Source: Klebsormidium nitens
Taxonomy: Eukaryota > Plantae > Klebsormidiophyceae
Direction of reading: 5' to 3'
Length of the DNA stretch: 64,000 nucleotides
Assembly: GCA_000708835.1 (NCBI GenBank)
Contig: DF237197.1
Span: 1-64,000, forward strand
The position numbers and the translations under genes were made by a program. Positions 10,766 to 22,900 of this stretch are shown here, one piece after another; within the stretch, counting starts at the first letter, position 1, and every line of letters starts with the position of its first letter. The notes under the pieces were generated by a model. The model ran no database searches and was not told the DNA's origin. It saw only the letters and a list, made by a program, of their open reading frames with translations.

Positions 10766-13700
10766 CAATGTTTGTGCAGAAACCCGGCGCACCTAATTTC
10801 GCTTGTTTTCTACACAACTCCGCGCCATGCACTTTTTCCGCACCAATGGAAGAGGCTACGTGCAACAAGCCAACCTGGATAAACGAGGTCCTTGTCTTTC
10901 TTTCCTTGCCAGACCTCGCGCGAGTTAAGTTTTTAGGGAAGGACTTGACATCAGGTTCCGCTTCTGAAGTTCGAAGTAGCAGCAGTTGAGGTCAAAGTAA
11001 AAGCTTGAGAACCTTAGAAGGCCCGCTCTATCTATTTCATCAGAAGCTTCTCTTCAAAGGATGCTCGCAGAATAAGCTTGCAACTACTCAACTAGCCATA
11101 CTTTCTATTCCTCCTGCTCGGGTTTTCTGTATCTTCCTCCTGGTCTCACGTCTTGCGATGTTGTCCTTTGACGTACAGAGTGCTTCACCAATTCTCTGAG
11201 CAGTGCGAGCAGCGTTAACGTCACCCTTTGTTACGGAGGTACGTACCTTCCACCTGAGTGGAGCGGCGGCACCAACACTTGTTGAATTGGCTGCTCGGCG
11301 GAGCCCTACTCTATTCTAGCTCAGGGCGCACTTATTATATTCCAACCTGGCGTACATCATGAACTGAAAACAGAGGATTTGGTACATCACACGTGTACTG
11401 GAAAGTAAGTAGATTGATGTAGGCTAAAGAGCAGGTCGAAAGCCTGGCGTGGACGGTTGTGTTGGCACTGCGGTGCTGTTCGAGCGAGTCGAGCATGTGG
11501 TGGATCGATCGTGGGTTTGCTAGGCAGTCACCGGATAGAACCGATATCGCAGGCTATATTAAAGAACTTCGAAATTGCGTGCAGCGCAGGGCCGGAGACC
11601 TATAGAACCGAGCTTCACTTATCCATCAGAAAGAAGCAAACGCTGCAACTTGACCATATCGCCGGGCTGGATAAGCTTAATTCCGAGGTCTCTGAGACGT
11701 CGTACATGTTTTTATCCCTCACACCCGGCACGTCGTCCACGTGCGTTACTCGCATGCTCAGCTTATGACGTCATCCTATTTTCTAGTAGATTGAACGCAA
11801 ATGGAATGTGCGCCATGCTATGTTCAATCTCAACGACAGCCCTCCTTGTCCAACTCGGATTTGTTTTGGTCTGACAAACAAACCATTCAGTCGATTTGGT
11901 GGGTCCCTGTTTAGTTGTATAATAAGCATCAACTTCACCTTAAGACCGATCTTGCGGCCTTTTACAAAAAAGTTGGTCGACTATGCGAGTGGATAACACA
12001 AGAAGTCCTCAGACCCGAGCTCAGACCAGCAAAGTAGATTGCCCGCCGCTGATCTACTCCGTCGAGAAACTGATCCGACTTACGTCGGCGTCAGCTTGTT
12101 TGCTGACTTGATCTCGCTACTGGGTTTTTAACGTGATAACGTCCCAGCCACACCCTTGAGTTCTGATGGCACTCTCAATTCTGCATTATTTTGTGCAGAC
12201 CGCATTGCTTCTATTTCCTTTCTAACAAATGATGTCCCCAGGCCAGCGACTCCCCAGCATATCCCTAGCAAATGTTGACATCACTCGACATGCTCGTACC
12301 TACTTGGTGATTTGCAAGTTTGAGGACCTGGTACGTTGGGAAAAGCAACTCACGGCTGCCCATCCGGGTCCATGCCCTGACCGGGCCCTGACTGAATATT
12401 GCGTGGAAGGAGAACGTGGACCAGATTCGCACATTTTGGACCCTCCCAAGCTTTAGTACCCTGTGGACCGCGCGCGGGGCCCGGGTCGGTGAGTCCGGGG
12501 TCCTGAACTTGCTAAAGTTCGTACCCGGTACAGTGTACCTGAACCGCTTAAACCGCTGTGGTCTGTGGGAGGCACCGGGGAGCGAGTGCTGGTCCCCTGC
12601 TGGCCCCAGTGGAGCCGGGAGGAGCTACATACGGTACGTTGCGCGGTCCTGGGTACACACCGGTGGGGGTCTCAAAAAGTCCGAATTTGGTCCACGTTCT
12701 CCTTCCGCGGGTTCTGACTCCTGGCCTGCTCGGACTGGTCTCGTCAGGCGCCAATACCTTTCAGCGATGTGCGCGCACAGAAACTCTGCTCGATCTGGTA
12801 CGTTAACCCAAGTAAGGTCGGCTAATCGACGGTTCAGAAGCGTTCGAAAGTGCGCAAGTACAATTTCAGCTGGACCGTGAAATATTATTAGCTGCTTTCT
12901 CAGTCTGCTCGCGCTGGTTGACCAGCAAACCCTTGATCAGATGGATGCCGGCTTATCTTTGCAAGCTCGTCTTCTGCGAAGTTCTGGCCGGTGCATTAAA
13001 TCCTTCTTTGGCAGAGATGATAAGCTGGTTTTGGAAGATCAGCTTCCAGGACAATGCGGAAATTGCTGCCTGTACTGGCCCGGCCAGCAGGAAGGGCATG
13101 GGGGCATGGCGATCTTAAAACTTCTTCATTCAAACAAAGCAATTGTTATTTAACAGGACAGATTGATGAGCAACAACCAAGATGTGCAGACTGTTTCGCT
13201 ACAGTCTGCAGGCTGTAGTTTTCTGCAAGAAGTTCAAGATTGACATGGAGCTGCAACATTGATTGCCAGATAGTAAAAGGTGGGCTCCCTGATTGAGAGT
13301 GTCTGGTGAGAACTCTTTTCAGCGCCCGCCACAGCATTCTGTTTCCCCTACTGACTCTTTCAAGATGGTCCACAATGAAGCTGGGCAAGTTTCACAATTG
13401 TAGGCAAGCTGTTGACAATTCAGTAGATGTGACAGCGACCTTTGGCTCCTTTTGCTGGATCCAGCGTACAATCCACAGCATTGCTGTGGAGGCAGCTACA
13501 AGCTCGTTATCAAAAACCTTGAAAGCTCCCATGCACTCGTGACTGCTTTAGCAAATTTTGTTTCTTTGTTTTGTCAGCATTGAAGTTTCCATCAGAAGTG
13601 ACATTATCATCGAGCTCGCCCAGCTCATCGAATCTCAGAAGGTGGTAGATTGTAGATCTGGAGCAGGGTGATTGGCTCATGACTCATCTTGTTCGCACAA

Positions 13701-13972
13701 AGAGCTTCTCAACACAGAACTCTGGGGTTCTGTTTAGAGGTGGTGCGAGCCTGTACTCATTCAACTCCTAGTCAGTTAACACCCCTGAACAATTTACCGT
13801 GCGCCTGTACTTGCTAACGGGCCACCCTGGAAGATTTCAAACCCATCTGTTCCAAAGGCTTAATTTTCTAATAGTACTATCTTGCCTTGAGTAGACATAA
13901 TAAAGCTGCAAAAGCCTGGGGCTTCGCTGGGGGGAGAATTGGGAACCTTTCTTCCCGTACAGGGCTGGCACA

Positions 13973-16900
13973 ATGGCCGAGCCTACAATGGTGCGGCTAA
14001 GCCTGCGGGCAGAGCCAGCGGAGCCAGTCGCGGCCCTCGAGCAGAGTTCTCCAGAGGACGGTGCGGCGCCGGAGAAGCAGGAAACCGCACCGGCCCCGGG
14101 CTTTTCAGTCAGCTACAGCGTCCTGGGGCAGCCAGAGGGGCAGGTGAGAGGGGGGGGAGGGTGGCAGGCCCTTGAGCCACCATATTTCTGGTGACACATG
14201 GTTGTCCTCCTTTCAAGGTCTTGTTTGCAATGATTAGCTGTGGCGAACTTTGGGTCCTGAGCCAGGCAAAGGACCCAAAGTCCGCCACAGTGTGGATGGA
14301 ACACGTAGATGTTTGGCAGGTTCCTTGAGACCCATTCTCGTATAGCCTTTCCTGATCAGCAGTCCGAATGCTTCAGGATGACAAGTTCAATTCTGGGGAG
14401 AAATAGCAGGCGGAAGTCCTAGGGTGTCCCCTCGGAGTCCAGTTTCCGACAATTCCGTTTTGAGCGGTCTCTGCCACCAACTCACAGAGGACGCGCGCCG
14501 CACATGATAACCCTGATTAGATATCTTGTCACGGGCAATGCTGACTTCCGGCTCCTCTCCCAGGCGGAGGCCCTTCCCGCGGCTGCGCAGACGAGCCTTG
14601 TCTGGGAGAAGGAGCTGCCGCTAGTCGTAGACGAGGTGAGAGAGCGTCCGGGTTGCATGTCGGCTCTGGCCCACGAAAGGAGGATCTTCCAGAAGGAAAA
14701 GCAAAACAGAAGACGCTGAAAAGCATATACAGCAAGACTTTGCTGAGACACCTGTCCACCCAGCGGCAACTTTAGCCCCGAAAGCTTGTCACACCTTAGT
14801 TCGTTGTTCCTTTGGTGTGAGCATCTTTCGTTCCTCCAAAACAACGGGGATGTGTTGTCTTCAGGCATTCGTACGAACCGCCGCCGCCGCCTATGGCCGC
14901 GTATGCATCTGGCTTCGCCCCGGTTCTGACCCCCCCCCAGCAGCGAAGCCCCCACCGGGGGCCAAAGAGGGTTCCAAAGACAGAAGCCAATCCAAAAGCG
15001 GCAAGGGTGCGGAACCCCCCGGAAAGGGGGAAAGCTCTAATGAAGCCAAGGCAAGTGGCAAAGGAGCCCCAACTCGCTCAACGAGCATCAAACCGGGGGG
15101 CAGTAAAAGCGTGTCCCCGGCACCCCCTGTAACTTCGAGCCCGAGTCCGGAACTAGGAGTGGGTAAAACAGAACACGGGGGGTGCGACGGGGGGCCTCCG
15201 AGGGGGTGGGGAGAAAAGGAAGGGGCTTGTCTACTGGTGTTGGAGGCGGCCCCCTTGTTGGCGAATCGGATGCACGTGGAGCGAAGTTTTTCGCTCGAGG
15301 GGGGTGCGCCGCAGCTGGATTTGAAGGGGGGGCTGGGGGTGGAAGCGGCGCCGTCGCTGGCGGGGGCGCTGAGTGTTGCGGGAGTGCTGAAAGGGTATTC
15401 GAAAGTGGTCGTGACGGCTACGCTTACCCAGAAGCTGCTCCCAGGTACGTCTTGATGACGACTCACGTTCGAACGAATATGGTATCAACAACGCCCTTAA
15501 CTTCTAACAAATGAAGAGAGTCGGGAGGAGTCCGTCCGTCCGTCCGTCCGTCCGTCCGAGGCATATAGTATGCGGAAACAGGCAAAGTTGGAGACGGCAA
15601 GAAAGACGACCACCTGACTACAGCGGTTTATCTGAGGACGGCGAACGATTGTCGAAGGAGGCCATTCCTGCGGCGGTTGCCAGGAGATGGCGTGTAAAGG
15701 ACCACTGCTCGCTACTCATCTTTCTCACTGTATAATAAACGGCAGAGACCTTATCGATATCCTGTTCCATCAATGACAAAAGCAGACACGACTCAGAGAG
15801 AGCACCCAGGCGGCTACCTGCTTGCGCTCCAACCCGACCGAGACTTCGTATAGCTGGCCGTTGGCAAGAATAAACCAACCAAGACCCATCAACCTTCTTT
15901 TTGGGTCCACAGATCCAATAGCCGCGGCCCTGAACCCGGTGGTCTTGACACCGCTCCGCCTATACTCGCTACCGGACCAGCCTGCGTCAGCCCACGCCCT
16001 TGACACCTTGTGTCAACCGCCCCGAGTGGAGCTCCGGCTTCCCGGCGTCCACAAGGCCTTCTCTCGCAGTGAGCCATATAAACCCCATTCTTTGGAGGTT
16101 CAAGCCGATATGCTGCAAGCAAAAGGCGTGTGGCCCTATGACGTAAGTCAGAGGGTTGGTCTACTGTACCGGTTCGCCGTTTGAGCTGCACGTTTTCTTC
16201 GACCTGTGACGATACGGTTGGGTACTGTAGGGCGCTTTCAACGAAACAAAGGCCTTTGTCGAACCACTGGGGTTGTTTGTTTCTTGGAAATGCAGGGAAA
16301 TTGTCCTTGGTGCGGCACTGATCACCGCTGAAATCAAGTACAGTTGAGGGACTGTTCCTTTCATTCCCTCGTACTAGTCAGGGGCACAGCATTCCCTAGA
16401 TCCTGAATTGCTGACTCTCAAATTGGCCGCTTCTGCAGCTGCAACGTCGCTCCCTTGGCGCGCGCCCTCCAGCTCGCCACGTGGCGCCTCCTCGGTGCCC
16501 CTCCAAGTGCGGGACGCGGTCTTCGACGGGCCGCCGTGCATCCTGCTCGCAGGTAGCCTGCTGCGACGCACCCTAAGCTTTGCAATAGGTCATTTGATGT
16601 TGGACGAAGTTCAGAGGTAGAAGAGCGAGCGTTCAGGCGTGCTCTGGGTGACTACGTTTGCTTCGTCATCGAGATCCTATGTAAGAGCCGTATTCAAAGC
16701 AAGCCTTTGAACGGCGTTACCATATCCTGGTTCTTGAGGGCGTACCCTCGGTTTCTAAACAGCGTGTGCCTATCATTGCGGCCAGAATTTTCAGCCTCGC
16801 GATTTGAGAGTGTGCCTTCGGCCGACGTCGCTACCTTTAGCTTGAGCAGGTTGACCTGGAGTCTCGTGAGATCTGCTTAACTTCTCTTGCAAACCCATTC

Positions 16901-19900
16901 GGACTTGCTCTAAGTCTTCACGAAAAGAGCAATACCTCAATTGTGATCAACACGGTTCTCCTCCCTGCCTCTTTCCGCTTTCGCTCTCTCCGCGGACTTC
17001 TTCACCAGACAGTTGCCCCAGACTGAACAGCACCCCATGTCACGTGTGCGAAATATTCTCTCTCATACTCATCGCACGGCTCCTTTCTCCAGGCTTGCTG
17101 CCGGCCGGCTCCTTGTACGAGGACCTGACGTCAGCCCCTCTAGAGGTCCGCATTCTGGACCGCAGCCTTTCCGCCCGGGGGAACGCTCCGGCCAGCCCCT
17201 CGCCGGAACCAGCTCAGGTCAGTCGATTCAACCAATATCAGGAAGTAATCAGCGAACCTTTCTCCTCTTCTATAATTGGATACCTCCACCACTTGCGACG
17301 GTTTCTTGTTGTTGTTCCTCTCCTTCCCTCCCGAGAATCTGCTTCAACTACCGACTCTTATCTCCTCCTGATTTCGCTGCGGGGTCCGATCGTCACTTGA
17401 ACGACCGTCCGTGACTACTGGTGGCCTCAATGATTAGCCCACATACCAGACAGCGACTAGAACTACCATCGCAGAATGACCTATCTTCAGAACGAGCGGT
17501 GCCTCCTTCTTGTTGATTCCCGAGTCCCTTCCTTGGCCACTGCAACTGGCTTTCCCAAGGATAGCCTGCAACTGAAAGTGACTCCAACATAACCCAGTAA
17601 TCAAGGAACTGTTCTAACCCTCCAGGCACCTTCCCCTGGAGAGACTCCGCCACCCACAGCCGCCCCCGCAAACGCCACGGGCGACCGCCCGCGCCTTCCC
17701 GACAGCTGCGGGGTCGCCCGCTTATCGCTCTCCGAGCTGTGCCGCGGCGAGGCCGACGTCAAAACGCGCGCCCCCGTGTACCCGGTCGGCAGCGCGGCCG
17801 CGCTCGCGGCCGGGGAGGAGAACGACTGGCGGACCCGCCCGGGGCTCTACATGCAGGTGCGGCATGGTTTAGGATTAGGGTATTATGAGATCTGAGATTC
17901 CCGATTGCTGCCCGCAGGACTTGCTGACTTTCAAACCGGTCTGAGATGCTCCTGATGCTTCCGAGCCTGTCGAATCTCGGGACGTGCGCTGTACTTGATG
18001 CCTCCCCATATACGGACGGTTGCCAAGAGCTTCAGAAGATCAACTGTTTCCACCATTATGGCAAAGTGAAACGGTGCTTGCATTTCTGCACGGCGTTCAA
18101 GGGAGACCGAATCTTTTTTGCTTGCCCAGTCCACCAAAACAGAATGTTTCTCGCGGAAAGGGCCATGATGGCGCCAGTCTCAACACTTCGTGAACTGCAT
18201 TGTTATGCGAATGGGGAGATGCGCAGAGCAATCTTTACGATCTGATTAGAAAAGAGCTTCTGACAGTACACACATTTCGCAGGCGGGATCAAGCATTGCT
18301 CTGAGAGTTGAGGCGGCGGTTCCGCTGGCGGAAGCACCCGGAACGACGCGTCCGTTCGGACGGATCGTCGTGCGGTTGGCCTATGCGGACGGGCCGGTCC
18401 TCAACGCTGTGCTGGCGGAGGTGAGCCCGAATAACCCCTGGATAACATGATCTCGGTCAAGTACAGACTGACCTCTTGGATACATTCTGGTTAAGGCCTG
18501 GTTCTTTTTAACCGAGGAATATGCGAAGCAAACTCTGGAGGAAGCTTGAATTCGAATTTGAACGACTCCTTTCTGATTAGTGGCTGCCCCGTGGCCAAAC
18601 GCACCCCTAGTTAGCCGTCTCGTCTTGGGCCTTTCGTCGGACTATGAAACCATGAAACCCTGATTGGAAAACCCCAAAACCCCATTTCGTTGATTCGGCG
18701 GTCCATCTTACCTGAACACAGCAACGAGGGAGACGAATTTGCGACTAGCAACCAAGAAACGCGTCTCGCTTCTGTCCTTGTCGTTGACGACGCTGCTACC
18801 GCGAAGAAGCAAAATTCGCGATGTCGCAAAAGCCGCAATAATAACGTGGGCTGCCTACAGATGGTCGAGTGTTTTTCCCACACGCTCACAAACACCCGGG
18901 CCGACCGCGGAGTAACGGGCGCGTCCGGCAACGAATGTTTATTAAAAAGTCATTCGATCCCCGTAATCAAGCAACCGCTTAAAACGAGGAACCAGCATTT
19001 TGGCAGGTCGGTGCCCTCTGAAGAGCTGACCCGATGTGACAAGCGCCTTGACTGGAAATCTCTGTATTCAAACCACCACTCAAAACGAGGAAAGAGCTTG
19101 TCTGCAGATTCGATGCCCTCTGGAGGGCTGACCCGTTGACGGGCACGCTTCCCAGACCGAAACGTTTTCAAATTAGTAAAAGTTTGTAGAAATCAGTGAA
19201 AATTGTGTGATCGCAGGTGCGCGCGGTGAACGCGGCCACGCTGCGGCTGGCGGGCGAGGAGCGGCACGTGCTCACGACGCTGGCGACCATGCAGCTGACG
19301 CCCGCGCAGCAAACGTCGCCCGAACTCGACGTCATCACCGGACTCCAGGCAGGCTCTCATCTCTCCGTTAACAGCTTGACTCATTACATTCTGCATAATC
19401 CGGGAAATCACCTACCACAGATTATAGGCTTGGGAATAGGGCTTGGGAATAGCGTCCTTCTTGGTTGCACTAAAGCCAGAATTCGGTAGCCCCTCTCTTC
19501 TCCAGTATTTAAAACGGATAAAAGTCTACGAGGGAGGCAGCCCAAGTACTACATATCTGAAGGAATCGTCAAAAGTGGCGTTCCTTGGAAGCCTTTTGCT
19601 TTAATGCTGTGCAAAGAAAGCGCCTGAGTAAGTCGCGGGAAGTGAAATGCAAGTTATGAGACCAGATGTTATACGGACGCGACTTTCAAACTCAGAAAGC
19701 GGTGCAACAACATGAAGCCTCGCATTCTCATCTCCAGGTCATCGACGGCGAGATACGGCTGTTGCTGTTGGAGGGCCTCCGCAGCGGAAGCTATCCGCGG
19801 CTCGAGGCGATGCTCCGCCGGGAGCAGGCGGCCGCGCCAGAACCCTTGCACGTGCTGAGCAACCCGGACGTAGGGTTTAGGGAGCGGCTGTACGGAACGC

Positions 19901-22900
19901 TAGGGGCGGACGTGCAGGTGGGGATGCGAGATTTCAAAGTTTTTTGTGAAATGCGCGTTCTTTTTTAAAAGTTGGTTTTGAAAGGTTGCTTCTTTCAGTC
20001 ACGCGCCCTGGGTTGAAGGGGTTCGCAGCTTCTGAGAAGCAGGCGTTTCTGGATCTCTTAGCTGAGACTTCGTCTAAGCTCGATTGCCAGACTGAGAACC
20101 TAAGTTCGCTAGCGCCAACCAACTTACAGTACTAGGCATGTCGGTTTGAAAGGCTGGGTAGTATTCGCTAAGTGCACAATCTGACGTTGTACGAGTCCCG
20201 ATACTGCGAATCCACGGTAACATTTGGATTACAAGTCCTACGTCTTACAGCGAAGTGCGCTGCTCGTATTCCTATTGAGAACCCTGTGTAGTTTGCGAGG
20301 GACCGGTTACCAGAAGTTCTGAGAAGTGCTGTTGCTGGTTAAATGAAGAGTCTAGTCTCGTTTCACACGCAACCTGTCTTCTAGTTTTGTCGAAGGGGAA
20401 TTCGGGGATGAAAGGTGACTCTACGCGTTGCTTCTTGGAAGACAAGACAAAAGCAGACAACGAAGAGGAGAGGCATTGGGTCCCACTTGATGCATCACTT
20501 AGTTCTTGCCCTTGGCTGCGCTGAAAGAAATAGATACTTTACTTCCATGGCAAAATATCGTTGAAGAAGTGATCGACGGAAGCGGCTTCGCGCTGCTGAT
20601 GAATGTACAGAGTAGGTACCGAATTGTGACCTGCGTGCCATACTTTTGCAGCCGTTCAAGCTCCGGGCTTCGCTCGCGCACATTGCGAGCGATCCAAACG
20701 GTGCCATCGCGGGGCGTCTCAAACCGGAGTGCCACGAGGGGGTTATCCGACTGGAGGCGGTGAGGACCGACCTTCTTATCGTCTTTTACGCTTGACCGAT
20801 AACCCTTAACCCTCCTTAACTCTTTATTTACGCAGTCGCAAAGGACCGTTTGGCTCCTTAATCTTGACGAAAGGGAAGCTTTTTATGAAGGTCCTTTCAC
20901 CGTTTGTTAAAGACTCGGCACGAGTCCCACGGTATAGAATCTCTGAATCCAGGTTGCTCAAAGAAGTTTTAAATGACCACTTTCGGATTTTGAATGATGA
21001 AGGAGTGCATGTGTACAATCCCATCGTGCAGTCTTGTTGATTGAACGCAAAAATACTTACCTGCTCCTCACCCGAGGCCACCCCAAACCCCTTGCTAGTC
21101 AAACCCGTCCCAGTGTGAAAAGTGAGCGTATCGTAAATACTCTAGAAACAAATGTGAACCCCAGAATCTGTCTTCCAGCTGGCGGGGATGACTCGTCTGC
21201 GCAAGGCGGCGCCAATGTTCCCGTCCGCGGTTATGGTGGAAGCCGTCTACCGTAAGTACGGCGGGGAGCTGACGTCACAGGACGTCACCGGCCGCCCCGA
21301 GGAGCCCACAGCAAACGCTGCCGCCGCCGAAACGTGAGCGCTTTCTGCGCCGCCCATATTCGCACTTCCTTCCTTTGCTTTCTGATCGAGGCTGATGTCA
21401 GCAGTATGGCAGCACATAATCACCAGAGAGAGAGCGGTCGGCCAATTCGAGGTACTGAATTTGCGGTCGTTGGTAGCAGGATCGAAAAAGTGGAAAAGTC
21501 TTGTCTTTTTCTGTCTATGGGACCTTCCTAATGGAAGCATGCGATTTATCTGTATGATAAACATTGTCATTCATGTTTAACATAACAAGGACTATACGGT
21601 TCGAGGTTTATAAGACCCTGAAGGTTCATGAACGTGTTCCAGGTTTCTGGTGGTTCAAGTAAGGAACTCGCTCGCATGGCAAGTCGCCCAAAGCGGCTCC
21701 TCTCCCTTCCCTTCTTCCGTTGACGCAAAACTCCTCTGATCGCCACTCATCATTGCTCAGCAGCTCGGCTGACGAGGGAGAGTCGGGACCCGACGCGGAG
21801 GGCGGCTCGCCGCGCCGCGGCCGCGCAACCGCGGCGCGCAAAGGCCACACCGACAACACCAACGACGAGTTCATGAGAACGCGTCGCGCGCGCGCCACAA
21901 AAAACCAGCACAAGGAAAACCTGGTGAGCATCAGGAAAGGAAGCTTACGATTGGAACTCGATTGGGGTTTGGAAGGGTGGCGTTCATGGAGCGCACGGCA
22001 GACTTCCGAAGGACGTAAAAAACCCTTCTTTCTCTAGGGCCTGTTAAGGTATTCACTTTTTGTCGACTAACAACCGGGATTTTTCCGGAAGATAAATACA
22101 GAGTATATTCAATGCAGGAGAAGGCAGTGCGGATCTGATGGGCTGGATCGCAATCTAGCATACAATTCTGCACAACGAGTCCACCATCTTCGAAGCTTCT
22201 TAGGGTGGATAAGATCGTGTGGATCTGTCTTACATTCGCATTGGTTTGGTTGGACGAACCATCGCCAGTCCAGAGATTTCGCTTTTTTGCAGGATTCTTG
22301 AATGCAAAAGAAGGCACTCAGATCAAGTTTGCTTGTCGTTAACAAGCTCTGTTTCTTACGCACTAGTTCTTATACGGTCAATCTAACTTGACGCTCTGTC
22401 CTGCCACGTGGCAGGCTAGGATCGGCGCGCTGTCCGAGAAGGCGCACGCGGTGCGCGCTGCTTTGCGCGCGCGCCAAAGAGCAGTGCTTTTAGAAGAGGA
22501 GAAAAACACGCCCCGAGAGCGCTCGCCCACTTTTGACACGACCCTGCATAACAGTAAGTCGTTCATGAGTGGAAATCAAGGTCCGAGTGCTGACGAAAGT
22601 ACTGTGCATATCCAGACGTCGGGTCAAATGGTCGGCAGTCTCAAAGCCGTCGAGAAAGGAGCAATGAAAGAGTTTGCACACACAGCGGTGGGCCCAGCAA
22701 TGACAAAAAACGTTCTACAATCAAAAGTTGCCCAAAACCTTTGTTTCAAGTCTTCTTTTCAGACTGCTGGGACTGTACCTTGAGACTTGCTGGGCTTCTA
22801 AGCGAGCGCTTGAGGTTAAGGATGATGTCACGAGGAATAAGCAGCAGCCTGACTGGTCGCCGTGATATTAGCAACTCAGGAGGGCCGGCGAGTATGGCCC

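Noticed and set aside
12456-12830. GC-rich segment as a MITE (short word similarities with 43640-44150)
   Set aside because: No convincing TIR pair or TSD; the shared words are only 8-10 nt.
17868-17885. Telomere-like TTAGGG/AAACCCTA words (also 3451, 19870, 60748)
   Set aside because: Single or degenerate occurrences expected by chance; no array.
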